This document shows, in pieces, positions 58,796 through 64,000 of a stretch of 64,000 nt of DNA. This DNA is from an uncultured delta proteobacterium (lineage in GTDB: Bacteria > Desulfobacterota > Syntrophobacteria > Syntrophobacterales > Syntrophobacteraceae). The first letter of the stretch is position 1. Every line of letters starts with the position of its first letter. The notes beneath the pieces are model-generated. The model was not told where the DNA came from, did no database searches, and was given only the letters and a program-made list of their open reading frames with translations. The position numbers were made by a program, and so were the translations under genes. The DNA lies in contig CAWEHK010000028.1 in the NCBI GenBank assembly GCA_963808625.1, positions 1 to 64,000 of the forward strand, read 5' to 3'.

Positions 58796-60874
58796 ACACC
58801 CTTACCCTAACGAAGGTATCATGGAGCGCCGGACTGCCCCCGACCTTATCCGAAACGTTTGCCGAAAGCACGCTGTCCGACACCCCCTTGTGGAAGCAGC
58901 GCGTCGCCCTTTGTGCTTCGTGGCCGAAGCCGTGGAGCATGAAAACTGTTTCCGGATGGATATGGTCGGTGACGAAGGCCCGGATGACGCCGGCTCCTTT
59001 CGAGGAGCTCACCTCCACGGACATGCCGTCGCTGATCCCGAGTTTGGCCGCCTGTTTCGAGTTGATCCACAGGAGATTCTCCGGCACGATTTCGCTCAAA
59101 TACGGATTGTTCTGCGTCGAGACATGGGTGTGCGCAGCGCACCGTCCAACGGTCAGGCGGAACTGCCCTTCTTCGGGTCGAGGTACCGGTTCATAGGGAG
59201 GAAACGACGGGAAACCGGCGCCCTCGAGCAGGGAAGAAGCGATCTCGATCTTTCCCGACGGCGTTTTCAGCTTGATCCCATCATTGCGGTCCCAGAAAAT
59301 CTGTTGACTGGCATACGACACAAACCCCTTGGCGGAAAAATCCTCGAGCGTGAACCCCGTACCCTCCAACTGCCACCGCACCAGGTCTTCCATCGTTTCA
59401 AAGGGGAAATACCCACCGACCCCCAAGCGTTCAGCAAGTTTCTTTAGAAGTACGGAGCCCGGCAGGGTATCGTAGCGCGGCGCCACTGCCTGCAAGCGCA
59501 AAAACAGTTGCGGCTTCAGACCATCGGCCTGCTGGACGAGTCGTCCGTTCCAGGTAGATGGATTCCGGCAGGACCACATCCGCGTACCAGGCGATATCGC
59601 TGAAATTGATATCGATGGAAACGATCAGATCGAGCTTATCCAGGGCCTGCCTTGTGAGATTGGAGTCGGGAATCGACATCAGCGGATCGAAACGATTGGC
59701 GATAAGAGCTTTGATGGGATAGGGGTCCTCTTCCAAAATGGCAAAGGGCAGCATTTGTGCGACTCCGTGGTTGCCATCGGGAAGGGGCAGTGCTGCCGTA
59801 CCCACCTTGTCGAAGCGCGGCATCGTCGGCTTGGGCAGATCCTGCTCGGTGAGCTTTCGGGGGGCCTTCCTGCCCACTTCGCCGGACCCTTTTTTGAAGA
59901 ACAGCCCCCCCTCAGCCTCGATGCTCCCCATTAGAGCATTGAGGATCAGGATCGAACGCCGCAGATAGATCTCGTTGGTGTAACTGGCTCCGCGATAGCC
60001 CATGTGGAAGATGACGGCGGGCTTCTCCTGGCTTGCTTCTCGCGCCAGCGTTACAATCTCTTGGGCAGGGATACCGGTCTCGACCTCGGCCCATTCCGGG
60101 GTATAGGGGCGCACAAAATCTTCGAGCTGCGCCAGCCCGTGCACCCAGCGCTCGACAAAAACGGCGTCATAGAGCCTTTCTTTAAGGATGACATGGATCA
60201 GGGCGTAGTTGAGGGCAAGGTCGGTGCCGGGACGGATCATCCAGTAGCGGTCGGCTTTGGTCGCCGTGACGCTTACCCTGGGGTCGATATACGTCAGTTT
60301 TGCGCCCCTTTCCATCGCCTCCCACAAGGCATTCACCGCTTTGACTTCGATGGCTTCAAAAATATTGCGCCCATAGAGAATGATGTTCCTGCTGTTCTTC
60401 AGGTCCATGCCGACCTGGGCATCGGTGTGACCGAAAAGGGAGCGACAGGCCGTGTTGACCGAACCTTTACAGAGGGCATCGTGAGTGAAGTGATTGGGTG
60501 ACCCGAAGAGCACGCATGAAGGTTTTGCTCACGTGCGTGCTCAGGTTCGTCCGCTCCCCGAACAGGACGCTGTGGGCTCCATGCTTTGCGATGATGTCTT
60601 TGAGCTTGTCTGCGACAAAATCGAGGGCCTCATCCCACGTCGCTTTCCGCCACTCGCCCGCACCCCGCGCCCCCGTCCGCAGCAGCGGCGTCTGCAATCG
60701 TTCGGAATCGTTCAGCAGAGCGATCCCCGCGGCGCCGCGGGGGCACAGGCTCCCTTCGATTCCGGGCACGTGCGGATTCCCCTGGATCCAGCTCACCTGG
60801 CCGTTCTCGGTAGTGACCCTGATGGGACACCGCACCGAACACATGAAACATAAACTGTAAACCTCTTTTGACAT
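58782..60874 (-). CDS. Mo/W-bisPGD oxidoreductase catalytic subunit, PsrA/PhsA-like, without Tat signal (two frameshifts)
   Basis: Starts directly with CFMCSVRC...LCPRG. Also THDALC (Cys ligand position), IRPGTDLAL, ADVVLPES.YLER and HTHVSTQN. Confidence 0.88.
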
Positions 60875-60926
60875 GCTCTTTCTCCAACGAACTGAACGAT
60901 TGGTCTATAAGAGATCTAATCGGTCG

Positions 60927-61289
60927 TCAAATCGAACTCAATACCTCCTCGACGTTTGCTTCCAAATCATCAATCTCGATGGGCTTGATCAAATATTTCG
61001 CAGCCCCCAGCAGCAAGGCCTGATTGGAGGTCTCGGCAGAAGGATAGGCCGTTAGAATAACTACCTTAGCATGAGGGTCGCGCTCCCGAATGTGCCTCAG
61101 CAAGAAGATGCCGTCCAAATTCTGGAGTTTCAAATCCAATACCGTGAGGTCGGGCTTGTGACGCTCCAGCCATAACAGCGCTTCATGCCCCTCGTTGAAG
61201 GCTACAACCTCATGCCCCACGGCGGAAAGGATACGATCCAGCATGGTACAGGCATCTTGCTCGTCATCGACCACCAGAATAACCGCCAT
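60927..61289 (-). CDS. Single-domain response regulator receiver
   Basis: Motifs ILVVDDE, LDLKL, ILTAY and YLIKP. Confidence 0.9.
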   Translation of the reverse strand: MAVILVVDDEQDACTMLDRILSAVGHEVVAFNEGHEALLWLERHKPDLTVLDLKLQNLDGIFLLRHIRERDPHAKVVILTAYPSAETSNQALLLGAAKYLIKPIEIDDLEANVEEVLSSI

Positions 61290-61338
61290 CTGGCGTTCTC
61301 CAAACTGAGATTGAAATGAAAAATCACTGACAGCATTA

Positions 61339-61355
61339 GGCAATTTTCATACCAT
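61339..61355 (-). promoter_or_regulatory. Sigma54 promoter of the receiver-molybdoenzyme operon
   Basis: Minus strand TGGTATGAAAATTGC (GG-N10-GC), 50 bp upstream of the receiver gene. Confidence 0.7.
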
Positions 61356-61929
61356 AAAGGCCCGTTCCGACAATTCGCCCCCGGTGGTCAACTGCCTTGA
61401 TTACTCGACATCCGCAGGGATACCAGCAGATCATGGGCCTCTCAAATCGTCATTCCCGCGTGTTTCTGGCGGGAATCGAGAGGCTGCAGAGTGACCGTAG
61501 GGAGGTGAGCACCAGTTCCAATTACCGCTCCAGATAAATAGGCGTCCCGATGCCGATCGCCATACCGGCGAAAGCCGGTATCAGGGCAGTTTTCTGGATT
61601 CCGCTTTTCACCGGAAGGACGCGTCAAGATTATGGTCGCTTTATTGGGCGGATGTGTACGAACGGGGCGTCCAAAAATAAAAGGCCTGCTTTTACCACGA
61701 GGAACACGAAGTGATTTCTTCGTGCTTTCCGTGTTCTTCGTGGTTCAGAAAAAGGTTGAAATGGGTGCAAGTTTTTTTTGGACAGCTTTTAAGGAGCAAG
61801 GAACGAGGATCAAGGAATGAAAATCAAACGCAAATCCGGAAGACCGCCAAATTCCGCACAGCACGCCGATGTGCCTTGCGTTCTCATGGTTTGAGCGGTT
61901 TAAAATCGCCTCTTCCTCGTCGGCCCTCG

Positions 61930-61968
61930 GTGCAATATTTTCCTTGCACTGCACTATTTTTATTGCAC
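61930..61968. promoter_or_regulatory. Tandem palindromic enhancer (UAS) candidates
   Basis: GTGCAA-N8-TTGCAC followed by CTGCAC-N8-TTGCAC, 130-170 bp upstream of a sigma54 promoter. Confidence 0.55.
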
Positions 61969-62097
61969 TCACCCCACCTGTTTGGCTGATAATAGGCGAA
62001 GCTGGAAGGCCTTCCTTACCTTGCTGGATCACGCGTATAGCGTCGCATGCGGCTATTGTTCGTGTTGAAGAATGACCTCGAATGATCCCTTCAGAAA

Positions 62098-62113
62098 TGG
62101 CACAAAGCTTGCT
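62098..62113 (+). promoter_or_regulatory. Sigma54 promoter of the TauE/SafE operon
   Basis: TGGCACAAAGCTTGCT is a perfect TGGCAC-N5-TTGCW. Confidence 0.85.
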
Positions 62114-62306
62114 CAAAGAGTTGCGTGATGCGAACGCTTTGGACCCAACCGACCGAGTGAGTTTAGGAATCTTCCGTCCCCCGGGTCCTGTTCCGCTTCC
62201 CCAAGCCGATGCGAATTAAGGATAGGAATGGGCGTTTTCGCTCCAAGCTCCGGTCCTTTCGTTTATGGTTGAGATGGTTGTACCTACAATTTCCAGGAGG
62301 TGATTG

Positions 62307-63534
62307 ATGAAAGTGAAAATGAAATGGATTTTCAATTTGACGGTCGCGGTTGCCCTGGCTGTCTCCCCTCTCCTGCGGCCCTGCCGGCCTGCGCCCAGGC
62401 TCCGCAGGACGCTCCCCAGCAGGCCGCACCGGAGAAACCCCCGAGTCGTCGGGAGTGACTTGGGCCTTGCAGGGAAAATTGGTGAGGCCATCAAGAACGC
62501 TCCGGTCGGCAAGGGGAAAGGGCAGATCGATCCCGGCGCCCCGCCAGGAGTCTTCGGCATTCCCGGCGCGCCCCAGGTGAATTATATACTGGCCATTTTC
62601 TGGGCTATCTGGGTGGGGTGGATTTTCTCCACCGTTGGCGCCTTTGGCGGGATAATGGCCGGCGTCGGTCACATGAGTGTCTATGGACTGGGGGATTATG
62701 CACGGACTTTTAAGGATACCGTCCCTGCTCTCAACAAGACCCTCACCGACAGCATCCGTACCTCGAACCAGTGGCTCGTCGGTCTTTCTGCCGTATTGAG
62801 CGTCATCAATTACTTGAAATCCAAGCGCATGTCATGGCCGCTTGGCCTTGCCCTGGGCGCAGGTTCCATCGTCGGCGCCTTCAGCGCGGCCTCCCTTACC
62901 GGCGGCAAGGTCAGCTTCAGCCAGTATCAGGGATGGTTTGGTTTTTTTGTTCTGGTGGTGGCAGGATTCCTTTTTTACGAAACCACACCCCGAGGGGCAG
63001 GCCAGCAAGAAGGCGGCCAAAGCAGCGACCCAGGCTTTCGAACAAACCGTGAAGGAAAAAGGGGATGTCTGCGCTTTGGGCGTATGCGCCAAGGATTGGG
63101 GAATCACCCGGTCGACTTTCACCTTCTTCGGTTCGGAATTCAGCTTCAACCCCATCTGGGCCTTTTTCGGTGGTGTCGTTATTGCGGCAATTTCCGCATT
63201 CATCGGCGTCGGTGGCGGATTTCTTTATGTACCCTATTTAACCACTTTTGTCGGACTTCCCATGTATATCGTGGCCGGCACTTCCGCCCTGGCCGTGTTC
63301 ATCAGTATGGTCACGAGCATCACCACCTATATCCAACTGGCTGGGGCGGGCATGGACTGGGGCCTCGTCGGCATCCAGCTGGTGGGGGTTTTCATCGGCT
63401 CCATGATTGGCCCACGGACGCAAAAGTACATTCCGGACATTTGGCTGAAGCGATTGTTCATCGTCCTGGCCCTGTATGTCGGGATCGGTTACTTCACCAA
63501 GGGGTTCTTCGGCCAGGCTTGGGTGCCCATGTAA
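62307..63534 (+). CDS. TauE/SafE (TSUP) family transporter (frameshifted)
   Basis: Motifs STVGAFGG, GVGGGFLYVP, AGTS and WLKRLF. It is multi-TM and has an AGGAGG RBS. Confidence 0.85.
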
Positions 63535-63609
63535 AGAGCGTTTTCCGCGCCCGGACCGCCGCCGACCGAGGGACCGGGCGCATTCATCATCCCCATGTTG
63601 AACAGGTGA

Positions 63610-64000
63610 ATGGCCATGCTGGAATTGTTTGACACCGTCTTGATCAGTTTTTACCGAATAACCGGCAATCCCCTCTGGGACTATTTCCTCGGCACCTTCC
63701 TGCTCGCCCTGCTGGCGGTCCTGGTGGGGCAAGTTACGCTATTCCTGGTATATCGCGCCAACCGGAGCCATCTCGAGGACCTCGACAACGAGCTTGCGAA
63801 CCTGAACCGCCTCACCGCCAGCGCCATGCAAATGGGCGATAAGCAAAGTTACAAGTCGCTGAACAAGGAAGCAAATGACACCTACGGACACGTTTTCTTC
63901 AACCGCTTCGGCCTTTCGGCGGCCTCCCTCTGGCCGGTCTTCTTCGCCCTGGCGTGGATGCAGGAGCGCTTCGCCCCCATCGCCATCCCGGTCCCCTGGA
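63610..64000 (+). CDS. Hypothetical membrane protein, truncated at the window edge
   Basis: Open frame MAMLELFDTVLISFYRITGNPLWDYFLGTFLL...LWPVFFALAWMQERF runs to the window end. Confidence 0.65.
   Translation, partial: MAMLELFDTVLISFYRITGNPLWDYFLGTFLLALLAVLVGQVTLFLVYRANRSHLEDLDNELANLNRLTASAMQMGDKQSYKSLNKEANDTYGHVFFNRFGLSAASLWPVFFALAWMQERFAPIAIPVPW

Noticed and set aside
58782..60874. Selenocysteine or formate dehydrogenase assignment
   Set aside because: The breaks are frame changes rather than in-frame TGA. The ligand region is THDALC, lacking the FDH C/U-H motif.

Overview
A 64 kb chromosomal window from an anaerobic deltaproteobacterium; Desulfobacterota/Syntrophobacterales-like is inferred from gene content. 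It is mostly core genome: ileS-lspA, groESL with a CIRCE operator, tRNA-Leu-tig-clpP-clpX-lon, hisS, aspS, mnmG, hisD, rlpA and cutA. It also holds a fragmented type IV pilus locus (pilB-pilC-pilS, then pilA plus a GT-C/TMTC-like glycosyltransferase, with orphan pilP and gspG) and fatty-acid genes (fabH, SDR, acyl-CoA ligase, etfBA, acyl-CoA dehydrogenase). Other contents are a two-gene 2-oxoacid:ferredoxin oxidoreductase, a Re-citrate-synthase-like enzyme with a C-terminal Cache domain, and a complete IS1634 with a 6-bp target duplication. The most notable system is at the right end. A sigma54-driven operon encodes a Tat-less PsrA/PhsA-type molybdoenzyme, a 4Fe-4S subunit and a GltD-type NAD(P)H flavoprotein, with no membrane anchor. 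It is divergent from a sigma54-driven TauE/SafE transporter. Intergenic DNA carries several REP/MITE-like palindrome families, a triple-nested palindrome and polarity-biased heptamer tandem arrays. About 20 genes carry single-base frameshifts, most likely long-read consensus errors, so their coordinates are approximate.
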